Assembly (NCBI GenBank): GCA_049968235.1
Contig: JBMFRC010000001.1
Span: forward strand, 32,001-96,000
Direction: 5' to 3'
Length of the DNA stretch: 64,000 bases
Origin: Candidatus Hydrogenedens sp.
GTDB taxonomy: Bacteria; Hydrogenedentota; Hydrogenedentia; Hydrogenedentales; Hydrogenedentaceae
The notes beneath the pieces were generated by a model. The model saw only the letters and a list, made by a program, of their open reading frames with translations, did no database searches and had not been told where the DNA came from. Shown piece by piece: positions 38,697-49,231 of this stretch (position 1 is the stretch's first letter; every line of letters starts with the position of its first letter). The translations under genes and the position numbers were made by a program.

Positions 38697-40223
38697 ATGA
38701 GTTATGTAATTGGTATTGATGTAGGAACCAGTGGAACAAAAATCGTTGCTATAAACGAAGAAGGGAAAGTAGTTGCATCTGTTATGAAAACTTATGATTT
38801 GCATAGTCCTAAACCGGGTTGGGCAGAACAAAATCCACATGATTGGAAGAAAGCGGTATTTGATGGACTATCCGAAATTTGTCACCAGATTAACGGACAG
38901 GATGTCCGTGCTATTGGCTTAACAGGACAGATGCATGGTTCTGTTTTTTTAGATGAAAAAGGGGATGTTTTATATCCTGCGATTTTATGGTGTGACCAGC
39001 GAACAGCCAAACAATGTGAAAAGATTAATGAAATCGTCGGGGAAAAGAAACTTCTGGAAATGGTATCCAATCCTGCTTTAACAGGATTTACCGCTCCGAA
39101 AATTCTGTGGTTAAGAGACGAGGTTCCGGAGGTATATAAGAAAGTAAAGCATGTTCTGTTACCGAAAGATTATATCCGTTATGAACTTACTGGAGAATTT
39201 GCTTCAGATGTAGCGGATGCTTCGGGAACATTACTTTTTAATGTCAATAAACGGTGCTGGCATGAGGAACTTTTAAGCAAATTGGATATACCTGTTGCAT
39301 GGTTACCTAAAGTTTATGAAGGTACAGAGGTTACAGGTAAAATAAAATCTTCTGTTGCAGAGCAACTGCGTTTATCTCCGGATGCGGTTGTTGTTGCAGG
39401 TGGAGGCGACCAGTCTGCAGGAGGTGTAGGTTGTGGAGTTGTCCGTTCGGGGATTGTTTCTGCTTCTCTGGGAACAAGTGGTGTCGTTTTTGCATTTGCG
39501 GAACATGTTCATACGGACCCGGAAGGGCGTGTTCATACTTTCTGCCATTCTGTTCCGGGAGCATGGCATGTAATGGGCGTCATGTTAAGTGCAGGGGGTT
39601 CTCTTCAATGGTTTCGAAATAAACTATGTAAGGAGGAGATTGAAAAATCAAAAGAAACAGGTATTGATACTTATGAATATATTACAGGACCGGCGGGAAA
39701 AGTTCCTATTGGCTCGAATGGCTTGATTTTCCTTCCCTATTTAACCGGGGAACGTACTCCCCATAAAGACCCCTATGCAAGAGGTGCTTTTATAGGCTTG
39801 TCTTTGATGCATGGGAAAACAGAAATGGCAAGGGCTGTAATGGAAGGGGTTGCTTTTGGTATGCGAGATAGTGTTGAGATTATGAGGGGAATGGGAATAC
39901 CCATTAATGAGGTTCGTATATCAGGTGGAGGAGCACGGAGTAGTTTGTGGAGACAAATAATGGCTGATATATGTAAAGTTCCTATGATAGTTATAAATGT
40001 GGATGAAGGGCCTGCCTTTGGAGCAGGTTTGTTAGCAAGTATTTCGGCGGGGATATTTACATCTCTTTCGGAAGCATGTGAAAGTATCATCAAGGAGTTG
40101 CACCGAGTAGAGCCTAATCCACAAAGCAGTGAGGAATATGAATTCTGGTACCAGGAATATAGGTCGGCATATTTATCCATTGCACCTGCTTTTAGAAGAA
40201 TTGGGAAAAAGTTAGAAGGATAA
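38697..40223 (+). CDS. xylB: Xylulokinase (FGGY carbohydrate kinase family)
   Basis: MSYVIGIDVGTSGTKIVAINEEGKVVAS…GWAEQNPHDW… plus FGGY N- and C-domain motifs. 508 aa. Confidence 0.85.
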   Translation: MSYVIGIDVGTSGTKIVAINEEGKVVASVMKTYDLHSPKPGWAEQNPHDWKKAVFDGLSEICHQINGQDVRAIGLTGQMHGSVFLDEKGDVLYPAILWCDQRTAKQCEKINEIVGEKKLLEMVSNPALTGFTAPKILWLRDEVPEVYKKVKHVLLPKDYIRYELTGEFASDVADASGTLLFNVNKRCWHEELLSKLDIPVAWLPKVYEGTEVTGKIKSSVAEQLRLSPDAVVVAGGGDQSAGGVGCGVVRSGIVSASLGTSGVVFAFAEHVHTDPEGRVHTFCHSVPGAWHVMGVMLSAGGSLQWFRNKLCKEEIEKSKETGIDTYEYITGPAGKVPIGSNGLIFLPYLTGERTPHKDPYARGAFIGLSLMHGKTEMARAVMEGVAFGMRDSVEIMRGMGIPINEVRISGGGARSSLWRQIMADICKVPMIVINVDEGPAFGAGLLASISAGIFTSLSEACESIIKELHRVEPNPQSSEEYEFWYQEYRSAYLSIAPAFRRIGKKLEG

Positions 40224-40692
40224 AGAATTTTTTTATATATGAGGCCTCTGAATAAAACATATACGATAAATAGTATATGAAAGTTTATATACAGGAAGGA
40301 TAAGGGAAAAAATGAAACGAAAGATGTATATATTTCACAAAAGGAATAGGTTAATTACACAGTAAAGAAAAAGTTAAATGGAGAAAGGTAAATGTGCGGT
40401 ACAATGAAAGAGGTAAAGCAGATGAGGTTTTTAGATTATGCAGTATCAAAACAGAAACCGACATGATGAGAGAAATAATTGAAAGTGATGCCAGAGATAA
40501 CCCTGTGGGAGAAATTGAAATGTAGATGAGTAGAGGGGAGTGTATAAATAAAACTGGGGATAGCGAAGGAGGTTTGTCCTTACTATTTTATGCATTGTTA
40601 ACCAGTGAGTGATGATTTCTTTTTGTTCTCTGTGGTTGATTATGTTTTTTACATTACGGAGAACACGGAGAGGCTCAGAAAGAGGAGTATAT

Positions 40693-40926
40693 CATTTCTT
40701 GTTAATGATTGCATATAATTTGAAGCGGATGTATGGGGAATTAAGGGAGCAAAAGGAGAGTTATGCATAGATAATAAAAAAATAAAAGAACTGACAGAAA
40801 ATAATAACCGAAATGGGTAAAGGTAGAAATACAGACTCTTGTATTTTAATTTCGTATGGGAATTTTATCTCATAAATAATTTATAATTTATACCCTAACC
40901 TTTTGCACGAATTGTTCAGAGGTCTC
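40693..40926. repeat. ~250-bp repeated intergenic element, copy B
   Basis: ~85% identical to 13764-14021 and ends with the same aattgttcagaggtctc. Lies between the convergent xylB and the 764-aa gene. Lacks the (CTCTTAC)5 tract. Confidence 0.8.
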
Positions 40927-40935
40927 AAATATTGT

Positions 40936-43230
40936 TCAGGTACTTGCATACTGGCGCAATTCTTGTAAAATTGTGGAAAGGCGTTCTGATGTTTTTTCGA
41001 TATAAGGGAGAAATCTTTTTCCTTTTCCTTCACGAACCCCCATACGATATTCCGTAAATTCACCTGCTAATTTTAAGACCTCTTCTTTATATTTATCCAC
41101 AATAGTATTTTTTCCCTCACTTAATAAACGACACAAGACACCATCACAGGCACATAAAATAGCCCCAACCTCAAAAAGTTTCCCCCGTACTTTATATATA
41201 TCTTCTATTGTATAAAGGGTATTCGTTACTTGATTTTTTATTTCTACCATTTTTTGTAAGGTATTCATGGATTGTTTTTCTTTTAATTCTCTTATCCTAT
41301 CTATTATTTTTTCTACCGATGGTAAATAGGGTTTAAGTAGTTCAACATTAATTGAAATTTGTTGCTCAATATAATCAAAAATTCGATACATAATTATCTC
41401 TCCCCAACGCTGGCATTCTTCGGGAGTAGCAATAAGAATAATTTGTCCCTGTCCGGGAAACATTTCGCGATGGAAAGAGGGAGGTAGTTCTTCCCACTGG
41501 TAAGAACGGACAAATTGAGTAGCGTCGTATGCACGATATTGTTCCGGTAAAGCGGAACGGAAATTAATATTAACCCCTGTTACTTCTGATGTGTCTTGAT
41601 TTACAAGATAAAACAACCAGAAATTTTCTCCTTTCATCCATGTATGAATTAAAATATCAACATTATCGGGACATCTTGAACGAGGATGTTTCCGTGATTG
41701 GATATCCGGTGAAAAATCAGGAGGATTTGTAGGTTTTGCTGTCATCACTAACGAGGCAAGAGAGTAGAAGCATCCTAACCTCCCTCCTAATTCCTGCCAG
41801 ACATCACTGAAAGTCAGGAAAGGTCCTGTTAAAGAACGCTGACATTCACCTCCTGACCATAGCGGTATATTATGGTATGTATAACTTAGCCATCCGCGGA
41901 CACCGCTGGATATTGCCAAATTGACCATAAGTCGTATTTCTGGCGCAGAATTCCAAATAGGGGCGCCGGAACCAAAAACAAATGCGGGACCAATTGCCCA
42001 TAAATGTTGCCCATTAACAAATTTTATATGGGTTTTAAGGACATGTCCTAATTCCCATGGAGTTTTTGATTTCCAATGACTTATCCCGGAAATTGAAGAA
42101 AAGGGAGCGTATACGGGGAAGGCATTGGCTTCTCGTGTAAGGTAAATGACAGGATGTTTTTCATCTATCTGTTCAATTTTCTTTTTGATTTGTATATAAG
42201 CATCTACTTCCGAATCGGAGGGATTTTCTTTGATTACCCATCCGAACAAATTATCTTCGGTAGAATATCTTTTAATAGAATGCTCTTTTTCTTTGATAAA
42301 TGATGCTGTCTTTGTAGGTTCCAGGAGTACGGTTTCTTCTTCTAAAGAAATGATTAATTTAATATTGTGTTTTTTAGAGGTTTCAAAGAGTACTTCCTGG
42401 TCTCCTGGCAGGAATTCATAAAATCTTTCTACAAAGGCAACATTATGATAATGTAGAGACATATCTTCAAATAATAAATCCAGATAAGAAGATAGGTCTA
42501 TTTTCATAAGATGGGACATATTTCGGGCTGTATTAGCATTGATATAGGTTCCTATCGGAAAGAAATTATCCAGGACAGGATAATGAATCGGTTTTTCATT
42601 GGCGGATGGTAAAATATCTTTTTTGTTGAGCAGGTTTCTTTCTCTTTCCGTAGGTTCTCGAAAGCGTATACTGCGAATATACATTGTCTCTTTTGTTCTT
42701 GTAAATGAATATAAGCGGAGAGCAAAGTTTTCCATCTTTCTCGGGAAACTATTGAAACACCATGCCCTTGCTACTGTAATCCATTTAAAATCCATATCGA
42801 GGAATTCAAAAAATTGACCTGTTGTATAGTGCCATGTCCATGCGGGAAGACATTTACCATATTGCATACGATAGGATATTTCAACAATGGGGTGTTTGTT
42901 CTGTGCTATAGGGAAATGGGGAACAGAACTTGTTCGAGTGCTTAATGGAACCCAGTAACTGGGTCTTTCCATGTCTTTTAAAAAATTTAATCTGCGTAAT
43001 CCAGTAAAATCACCCGTCCATCGTAGAACTTTTTCTCCATCTATTTCATCTATCATCTTTCGGGCAGGGATATCTTTCCACTCCTGTTCTCCCGGGTCAT
43101 CTTCCTGGGACCATTTCATCAAATCTTCTGCATAAAATGTAATATTTGAACATCTCTCCCGTTCTTCTAAAGTTGGCGGTTCTTTGATTTTGTTTAGAAG
43201 TCCTTTGTAAATATAATATTCGTTTTCCAT
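40936..43230 (-). CDS. Hypothetical 764-aa protein, possibly a carbohydrate-active enzyme (next to a sugar ABC transporter)
   Basis: No signal peptide and no family recognisable by eye. Genomic context (permease plus sugar-binding protein) only. Confidence 0.35.
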   Translation of the reverse strand: MENEYYIYKGLLNKIKEPPTLEERERCSNITFYAEDLMKWSQEDDPGEQEWKDIPARKMIDEIDGEKVLRWTGDFTGLRRLNFLKDMERPSYWVPLSTRTSSVPHFPIAQNKHPIVEISYRMQYGKCLPAWTWHYTTGQFFEFLDMDFKWITVARAWCFNSFPRKMENFALRLYSFTRTKETMYIRSIRFREPTERERNLLNKKDILPSANEKPIHYPVLDNFFPIGTYINANTARNMSHLMKIDLSSYLDLLFEDMSLHYHNVAFVERFYEFLPGDQEVLFETSKKHNIKLIISLEEETVLLEPTKTASFIKEKEHSIKRYSTEDNLFGWVIKENPSDSEVDAYIQIKKKIEQIDEKHPVIYLTREANAFPVYAPFSSISGISHWKSKTPWELGHVLKTHIKFVNGQHLWAIGPAFVFGSGAPIWNSAPEIRLMVNLAISSGVRGWLSYTYHNIPLWSGGECQRSLTGPFLTFSDVWQELGGRLGCFYSLASLVMTAKPTNPPDFSPDIQSRKHPRSRCPDNVDILIHTWMKGENFWLFYLVNQDTSEVTGVNINFRSALPEQYRAYDATQFVRSYQWEELPPSFHREMFPGQGQIILIATPEECQRWGEIIMYRIFDYIEQQISINVELLKPYLPSVEKIIDRIRELKEKQSMNTLQKMVEIKNQVTNTLYTIEDIYKVRGKLFEVGAILCACDGVLCRLLSEGKNTIVDKYKEEVLKLAGEFTEYRMGVREGKGKRFLPYIEKTSERLSTILQELRQYAST

Positions 43231-43232
43231 AT

Positions 43233-44318
43233 TTATTTTGCTTCTTTTTGTGCTTCTATAGTTCTTTTTTTCTGTGAGCGTCGCATAAAGAATTCATCTG
43301 CACAAACACCTGCCAGGATAGCACCACCAATAACGACATATTCCAGTTCACTGCGAATACCCAAAATATTGACAAGATTGCGTAGAACCATAATAAGGGC
43401 GATACCTAAAATAACCCCAATCACATTTCCTGTGCCACCTCGAAGACTGCACCCACCTAAGACGGCACCTGCAACCGCATATAATTCATAGAAACTGCCG
43501 AAATCGGAGGGCTGGACTGAATTTACCTTAAAAGCAAATAGAAGTCCCCCAATACCTGCTATTATGCTACAAATGACATACGCTAATAATTTTAAACGGT
43601 TGGTCTGAATACCACTAAAGCGAGCCGATTCTTCATTGGCACCTAAGGCAAAAAGATGTCTGCCCATAGGGGAAAGGTGTAAGAAAAGACCTACAATAAT
43701 AGTAAAAAGTATCATAATTACAAGAGGAGCGGCGATTAGATCCATAAGTAAGGCGACAGTAGAGGATGGAGCACCTCCGGAAGGTTGGAGAGAAGGAAAC
43801 CAGTCTAAAAGTGTTCCTTTTCCTAACCATTTCCAGTTAGGTAGTGCATTTCCAAATCCCTGAGTTGTATCGCCGGCAAAGAAACGGGCAAAACTTCGAT
43901 ATGCGAACAAACCACAAAGTGTTACAACGAAAGGTTGAATATTGAAGTAAGAAATGAGTGTTCCATGCCATAAACCAATAAGGGCAGAAATGCATAAGGC
44001 AAAGGGGAAAATCAGAAATGGAGACCAGCCCTGTCCTTTATCTATAAGGATACAGGAAATAACGGATACTAAACATACGACGCTCCCGATGGACAGGTCT
44101 ATCCCTCCGGTAATAATAACTATGGATTGAGCCAGTGCTAAGATTCCAAATAATCCTATCCATGGGAGTAAATTTTTAAAATTTGTCAGAGATAAAAAAT
44201 TACTGGAAAAAGAAATACCTAAATCTTTTCCATGACGATACCATTGTAGCCATTCCCAAAAATATGCCAACATACATAAAACTATAATAAGACCAATTAA
44301 GCCTAATGCTTTCCTCAT
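43233..44318 (-). CDS. Sugar ABC transporter permease (RbsC/XylH-type, BPD_transp_2)
   Basis: …ITGGIDLSIGSVVCLVSVI… and 8-10 TM helices. Confidence 0.75.
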   Translation of the reverse strand: MRKALGLIGLIIVLCMLAYFWEWLQWYRHGKDLGISFSSNFLSLTNFKNLLPWIGLFGILALAQSIVIITGGIDLSIGSVVCLVSVISCILIDKGQGWSPFLIFPFALCISALIGLWHGTLISYFNIQPFVVTLCGLFAYRSFARFFAGDTTQGFGNALPNWKWLGKGTLLDWFPSLQPSGGAPSSTVALLMDLIAAPLVIMILFTIIVGLFLHLSPMGRHLFALGANEESARFSGIQTNRLKLLAYVICSIIAGIGGLLFAFKVNSVQPSDFGSFYELYAVAGAVLGGCSLRGGTGNVIGVILGIALIMVLRNLVNILGIRSELEYVVIGGAILAGVCADEFFMRRSQKKRTIEAQKEAK

Positions 44319-44340
44319 TCTTAGTTACCCTATATTGAAA

Positions 44341-45366
44341 TTATGATTTACCTAAAATTTGTTTTAGTTCAGACCAGAACGAATCTACATTTTCTTTTGT
44401 TACGGATAAGGTTGGAATGAACATTTGTTTACTTTCCGGTATACTGGATGTATTTCCTTCTGCCAGTTCTTTCAAAATACGAACGGACTGGTATCCGAAC
44501 TCAAAAGGTCTCTGCACAACGGTGCCATAAATATGTCCATCTTTTACACCCTGAAGTGTTTCATCTTCTTCATCAAAGCAAACTATTTTAACCTGTCCTA
44601 ATTTACCTGAATCACGGACACCATTAAGGATGGCAGGACCATTATAACTCCATAAACCGACAAAACATGCGACATCGGGATAACGCACTAAAGCATCCTG
44701 AACATTGGCTATCGCTTTGGCACGGTCGGTTTCATCCGTGCGTATATCTATAATTTGATGATCTGTAGATGTAATCTGTTTTTTCAAACCTTCCAATCGG
44801 TCTCGTGCATTTTGAGCATCTAAAGTACCTACACAAATAATAATTTTTGAACGCGGTGGGGTACATGCCTGTACGAGTTTTCCTGCTTCAACTCCCGCAT
44901 CGAAATTGTTTGTTCCGATATAACATTTTCTTAAACTATTGGGGGCATCACTGTCTTGGGTTATAAGGTTTGTTTTCTTTGCTGCTTCATTTAACATCTC
45001 TGTTTGATTTTCGGGGTCTTTGGGGCTAATCGCAATACCCGCAACACCTAAGGTAATCAGGTCTTGTAATATTTGTTGCTGTTGTTCTGCGGTACCTGCG
45101 GAAGGAATTCTGAAAATCACATCTACACCGAAATCCTGAGCAGCTTTTTTGGTTCCCGCTTCTGCTATCTTCCAGAAATCTGATGCATTATTAGTAATAA
45201 AAGCAACCTTAATCTTTCGGGCAGACAAGGATGCGGTTTGTTCTTTTTGTGATGTGGTGGAAGGAGAAGTTGAAGGTCCTTGTGACTTATTTCCGCAACC
45301 TATAACAAAGGTAATTACAAAAGCAAGGGATAGCACACAAATTAAATTTTGTAGAGAACGGCACAT
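44341..45366 (-). CDS. Periplasmic monosaccharide-binding lipoprotein (RbsB-like, Peripla_BP_4)
   Basis: Lipobox …VITFVIGCGNKSQ. …KIKVAFITNNASDFWKIAEAGTKKAAQDFGVDV…. Confidence 0.75.
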   Translation of the reverse strand: MCRSLQNLICVLSLAFVITFVIGCGNKSQGPSTSPSTTSQKEQTASLSARKIKVAFITNNASDFWKIAEAGTKKAAQDFGVDVIFRIPSAGTAEQQQQILQDLITLGVAGIAISPKDPENQTEMLNEAAKKTNLITQDSDAPNSLRKCYIGTNNFDAGVEAGKLVQACTPPRSKIIICVGTLDAQNARDRLEGLKKQITSTDHQIIDIRTDETDRAKAIANVQDALVRYPDVACFVGLWSYNGPAILNGVRDSGKLGQVKIVCFDEEDETLQGVKDGHIYGTVVQRPFEFGYQSVRILKELAEGNTSSIPESKQMFIPTLSVTKENVDSFWSELKQILGKS

Positions 45367-45443
45367 ATTTTTTCCTCCATCAATATTTTTTATGTTTCAA
45401 ACTTATAGTTTATCGTATTTATAGCCTTAATATTCAACCCTTA

Positions 45444-46163
45444 TTATGTGATGAAATCTTTTTTTAATGCATGGGATACAATTTCTTTGGCTCGGGATAG
45501 AGATTTCCAGTAGAAAATAGCCTTTAATATTTGTTTTTCATTTTCATATAAATCGCCATTGGATTGTAATAGGTCTATACGCTTCTGAAAAGCATGATAC
45601 AGGACAATAGAAGCGGCCACGGATATATTGAAACTCTGGGTAAACCCATACATGGGGATAATAATACTTTCATCTGCCTGATGTATGATTTCTTTAGAAA
45701 CTCCTTCATGCTCATTTCCAAAGACAATAGCGGTTGGAACTAAAAAATCCACTTCACCAATCGTTTTTGGAGAGTTTAATGAAGTAACACAAATTTTGTA
45801 TCCTTTTTCCTTCAAATAAAAGATACAATCTAATGGTTTTTTCCAACGAAAAATATCGAGCCATTTTTCGGCTCCCTGAGCAACCCGATTTGCTTCTCGG
45901 TATTTAGCACTGGTTTCAATAATATGCACCGCTTGAAAGCCAAATGATTCCGAAGTTCTCAGCACTGCATTCATATTCCCTATGTCATATAATCCGTCTA
46001 AAACGGGCAGAATGGTATAGGTTCTGTTTTGTAATACTTCATCAATTTTATTTATTCGTTTTGGTGTTAAACAAGGTTCTAAAGATTGAATAATCTGTCC
46101 GGATAGACAGGATATTCCTCCTAAATTCAACGGCTCTCTATATGGGAAATAGGGATGAAACAT
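45444..46163 (-). CDS. SpoU/TrmH-family RNA 2'-O-methyltransferase
   Basis: …LDGLYDIGNMNAVLRTSESFGFQAVHII… and …IVFGNEHEGVS… SPOUT motifs. Confidence 0.75.
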   Translation of the reverse strand: MFHPYFPYREPLNLGGISCLSGQIIQSLEPCLTPKRINKIDEVLQNRTYTILPVLDGLYDIGNMNAVLRTSESFGFQAVHIIETSAKYREANRVAQGAEKWLDIFRWKKPLDCIFYLKEKGYKICVTSLNSPKTIGEVDFLVPTAIVFGNEHEGVSKEIIHQADESIIIPMYGFTQSFNISVAASIVLYHAFQKRIDLLQSNGDLYENEKQILKAIFYWKSLSRAKEIVSHALKKDFIT

Positions 46164-46278
46164 AGTTCTTCTATTTGTTATTGAGGTTTGATAAAATGTG
46201 TGTCTTTGTTATACGATTTCCATAACTGTTATTATATCTAATAAATGCGAGATTTTACCTTTTTATAAAGATAAGGCT

Positions 46279-47043
46279 ATGGGTGTCATTATTGCTTTTG
46301 CCAATCAAAAAGGTGGTGTAGGAAAAACGACAAGTGCTGTAAATATATCCGCTTGTCTTGGAAATGAAGGTTATAAGACGCTTCTTATTGACCTTGACCC
46401 TCAAGGCAATGCAACACAGGGACTTGGCTTTAGTAAACACACATTAGAACACACCACTTATTCTGCACTGCTTTTGGATTTACCTATACAGGATGCTATA
46501 AAAAATACAACGTATAGGAATGTTTCTCTAATTCCTTCTAATAGTGCTTTGGCAGGGGCAGAAGTGGAATTAATTGAGATGGAAAACAGGGAATATAGAT
46601 TAAAAACGAGCATAGCACCGATAGTTTCAGATTTTGATTACATTATTATCGATTGTCCACCTGCTTTAGGGTTGTTAACAATTAATGGTCTGGTATCTGC
46701 TCAAAAAGCAATTGTTCCTCTGCAATGTGAATATTATGCATTGGAAGGATTGGGAGAATTATTGCAGACGGTAAAACGAATTCGAGAGAATTTTAATCCT
46801 AATTTAGAAATTTTGGGAATATTACTGACGATGTTTCAACATACAAATCTTTCTCGACAGGTTGTTAGTGAAGTACAACAATATCTGGGAAATAAGGTTT
46901 TTCAGACGATAGTTCCGCGAAATGTAACTCTAAGTGAGGCACCCAGTTTCGGAAAACCTGTAATTTATTATGATGGGAAGTCTATTGGTGCTCAGGCATA
47001 TATTGCATTAACAAAGGAGATAATATCCCGTGAATGCCAATAA
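46279..47043 (+). CDS. parA: Chromosome partitioning ATPase ParA/Soj
   Basis: MGVIIAFANQKGGVGKTTSAVNISACL… deviant Walker A. The 281-aa track ORF starts further upstream. Confidence 0.9.
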   Translation: MGVIIAFANQKGGVGKTTSAVNISACLGNEGYKTLLIDLDPQGNATQGLGFSKHTLEHTTYSALLLDLPIQDAIKNTTYRNVSLIPSNSALAGAEVELIEMENREYRLKTSIAPIVSDFDYIIIDCPPALGLLTINGLVSAQKAIVPLQCEYYALEGLGELLQTVKRIRENFNPNLEILGILLTMFQHTNLSRQVVSEVQQYLGNKVFQTIVPRNVTLSEAPSFGKPVIYYDGKSIGAQAYIALTKEIISRECQ

Positions 47044-47938
47044 AAAGAAAGCATTAGGAAAAGGTTTAGATGCAATATTAGGTCCGATACGAACAGAGAA
47101 ACCAGAGGAAGTAACCTCTGTTTCACAACAAGGGAAAGTATCCAGTGAGCAAATACTTTTATTAAATCCTGCTGAGGTTATCCCCAGTAAAGTTCAAACG
47201 CGTAAAACTTTCCGTGAAGCCTCTATTCAGAAGTTAGCCGATTCCATAAAACAACATGGGTTGCAGGAACCTGTAGTTGTTCGTAAGACGGGGGATAAGT
47301 ATGAATTGGTCTGTGGAGAGCGAAGATTACGGGCGTGCATTTTAGCCGGATTGAAGGAAATTCCGGCAATATGTCGCAATATATCTGATGATGAATCAAT
47401 TTTATTGGGTTTGATTGAAAATATACAGCGGGAAGATTTAAATCCTATCGAAGAAGCGGAAGCATATCAATCCATTTTGAACCGATTTAACTGGTCTCAG
47501 GAACAGTTGTCTGAAACCGTAGGAAAAGACCGTTCTACGATTGCCAATGCCTTGAGACTGCTTTCTCTCCCTCTATCTGTTCAAAATATGGTCATTGAGG
47601 GGATATTAACGATGGGACATGCACGAGCGTTATTAGGTCTATCGGACATGGAACTTATAGTTCAAATTGCACAACAGGTTGTAGAACGCGGTCTTTCGGT
47701 CCGGCAGACAGAGCAATGGGTAGCACGGTTAAAAGATAATACAAAGAAGAAACCTATCACATACCAAAAGACAAAGAATATCCAAATTGTCGAAATCGAA
47801 CAGGAACTATGCAGGCGGTTAGGGACTAAAGTTAATATTAAACATGGGAATTCCGGAAAAGGGAAAATCGAGGTATCTTATTTTAATAATGAAGAATTTT
47901 CGAGGATATTAAAAGTGTTAGGAATTAATTTAGAATAA
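47030..47938 (+). CDS. parB: Chromosome partitioning protein ParB/Spo0J
   Basis: …LIENIQREDLNPIEEAEAYQ… ParB box and an HTH. Overlaps the parA stop. Confidence 0.9.
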   Translation: MNANKKKALGKGLDAILGPIRTEKPEEVTSVSQQGKVSSEQILLLNPAEVIPSKVQTRKTFREASIQKLADSIKQHGLQEPVVVRKTGDKYELVCGERRLRACILAGLKEIPAICRNISDDESILLGLIENIQREDLNPIEEAEAYQSILNRFNWSQEQLSETVGKDRSTIANALRLLSLPLSVQNMVIEGILTMGHARALLGLSDMELIVQIAQQVVERGLSVRQTEQWVARLKDNTKKKPITYQKTKNIQIVEIEQELCRRLGTKVNIKHGNSGKGKIEVSYFNNEEFSRILKVLGINLE

Positions 47939-47954
47939 CAACGCGTAAAAAGGA

Positions 47955-49229
47955 TTGTTTATGATAGATATTAAACTTATTCGTTCTGACCCGGACAAAG
48001 TCAGAGAAGCCTTAGACAAACGAGGTAAAGAAATCCGACTGGAAGAATTATTAGAAATAGACCGTATTCGGAGAGAAAAGTTATATCAATGTGAGCAATT
48101 ACGGGCAGAACAAAATCGAACAGGTGAACTGATTGCTCAAAAAAAGCGACAAAAAGAAAATGTAGATGAATTGTTAAGTTCAATGGTTCAGATTAAACAG
48201 AATATTGCACAATTGGAAGAAGAATTAAAATTGTATGATGAACAACTTGAACAGATATTACTAACACTTCCTAACTTACCTCATGAGAGTATTCCCGTTG
48301 GAAAAGACTCTTCGGAAAATCGTATTGAACGAAAATGGGGAGAACCTAAATGTTTTGATTTTGAACCGTGGGACCATGTCCAATTAGGAGAATACCTGAA
48401 AATATTTGATTTTGACCGTGCTGTAAAAATTGCGAAGACAAGATTTGCTCTTTCGACAGGCGCCGGTGCCTTGCTGGAAAGAGCGTTAATTAATTTCATG
48501 TTAGATATACATACTTCTCAGCATGGCTATAAGGAAGTTTTACCACCGTTTCTCGTTAATTCTGCAACAATGCAGGGAACAGGGCAATTGCCTAAATTTG
48601 CAGAGGATTTATTCCGTATAGAAAATTTTGATTTATGGCTGATTCCGACTGCGGAGGTTCCTGTGACCAATATCCATCGTGATGAAATCATTCCAGATGA
48701 GATGCTTCCCATAAAATATGTTGCTTATACTCCGTGCTTTCGTAGTGAAGCAGGTTCGTATGGCAAAGATACACGGGGTATGATACGACAGCACCAGTTT
48801 AATAAAGTAGAACTCGTGAAATTTACACGACCGGAAGAGTCGTGGGATGAGTTGGAAAAATTAACAAATGATGCAGAACATATTTTGCAGTTATTAGGTC
48901 TCCCCTATCAAGTAGTAACTTTGTGCACCGGCGATTTGGGTTTCTCTGCCTCAAAAACTTATGACTTGGAAGTATGGTTACCGGGACAAGATTGTTATCG
49001 TGAAATTAGTTCTTGCTCCAATTTCACAGATTTTCAGGCAAGAAGAGCCAATATTCGTTTTAAGAGAGAGAAAAAGCCAGAATTTGTGCATACACTCAAT
49101 GGTTCGGGTCTTGCTGTGGGACGAACTGTTGTTGCTATTCTGGAAAATTATCAACAATCAGACCATTCTGTTATCATTCCTGAAGTTTTAAGACCTTATA
49201 TGCATGGTTTAGAAAGGATTGAACCTTAA
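47955..49229 (+). CDS. serS: Seryl-tRNA synthetase
   Basis: [22 protein letters not shown]… N-terminal coiled-coil. Class II core …[25 protein letters not shown]…. Confidence 0.9.
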   Translation: MFMIDIKLIRSDPDKVREALDKRGKEIRLEELLEIDRIRREKLYQCEQLRAEQNRTGELIAQKKRQKENVDELLSSMVQIKQNIAQLEEELKLYDEQLEQILLTLPNLPHESIPVGKDSSENRIERKWGEPKCFDFEPWDHVQLGEYLKIFDFDRAVKIAKTRFALSTGAGALLERALINFMLDIHTSQHGYKEVLPPFLVNSATMQGTGQLPKFAEDLFRIENFDLWLIPTAEVPVTNIHRDEIIPDEMLPIKYVAYTPCFRSEAGSYGKDTRGMIRQHQFNKVELVKFTRPEESWDELEKLTNDAEHILQLLGLPYQVVTLCTGDLGFSASKTYDLEVWLPGQDCYREISSCSNFTDFQARRANIRFKREKKPEFVHTLNGSGLAVGRTVVAILENYQQSDHSVIIPEVLRPYMHGLERIEP

Positions 49230-49231
49230 CT

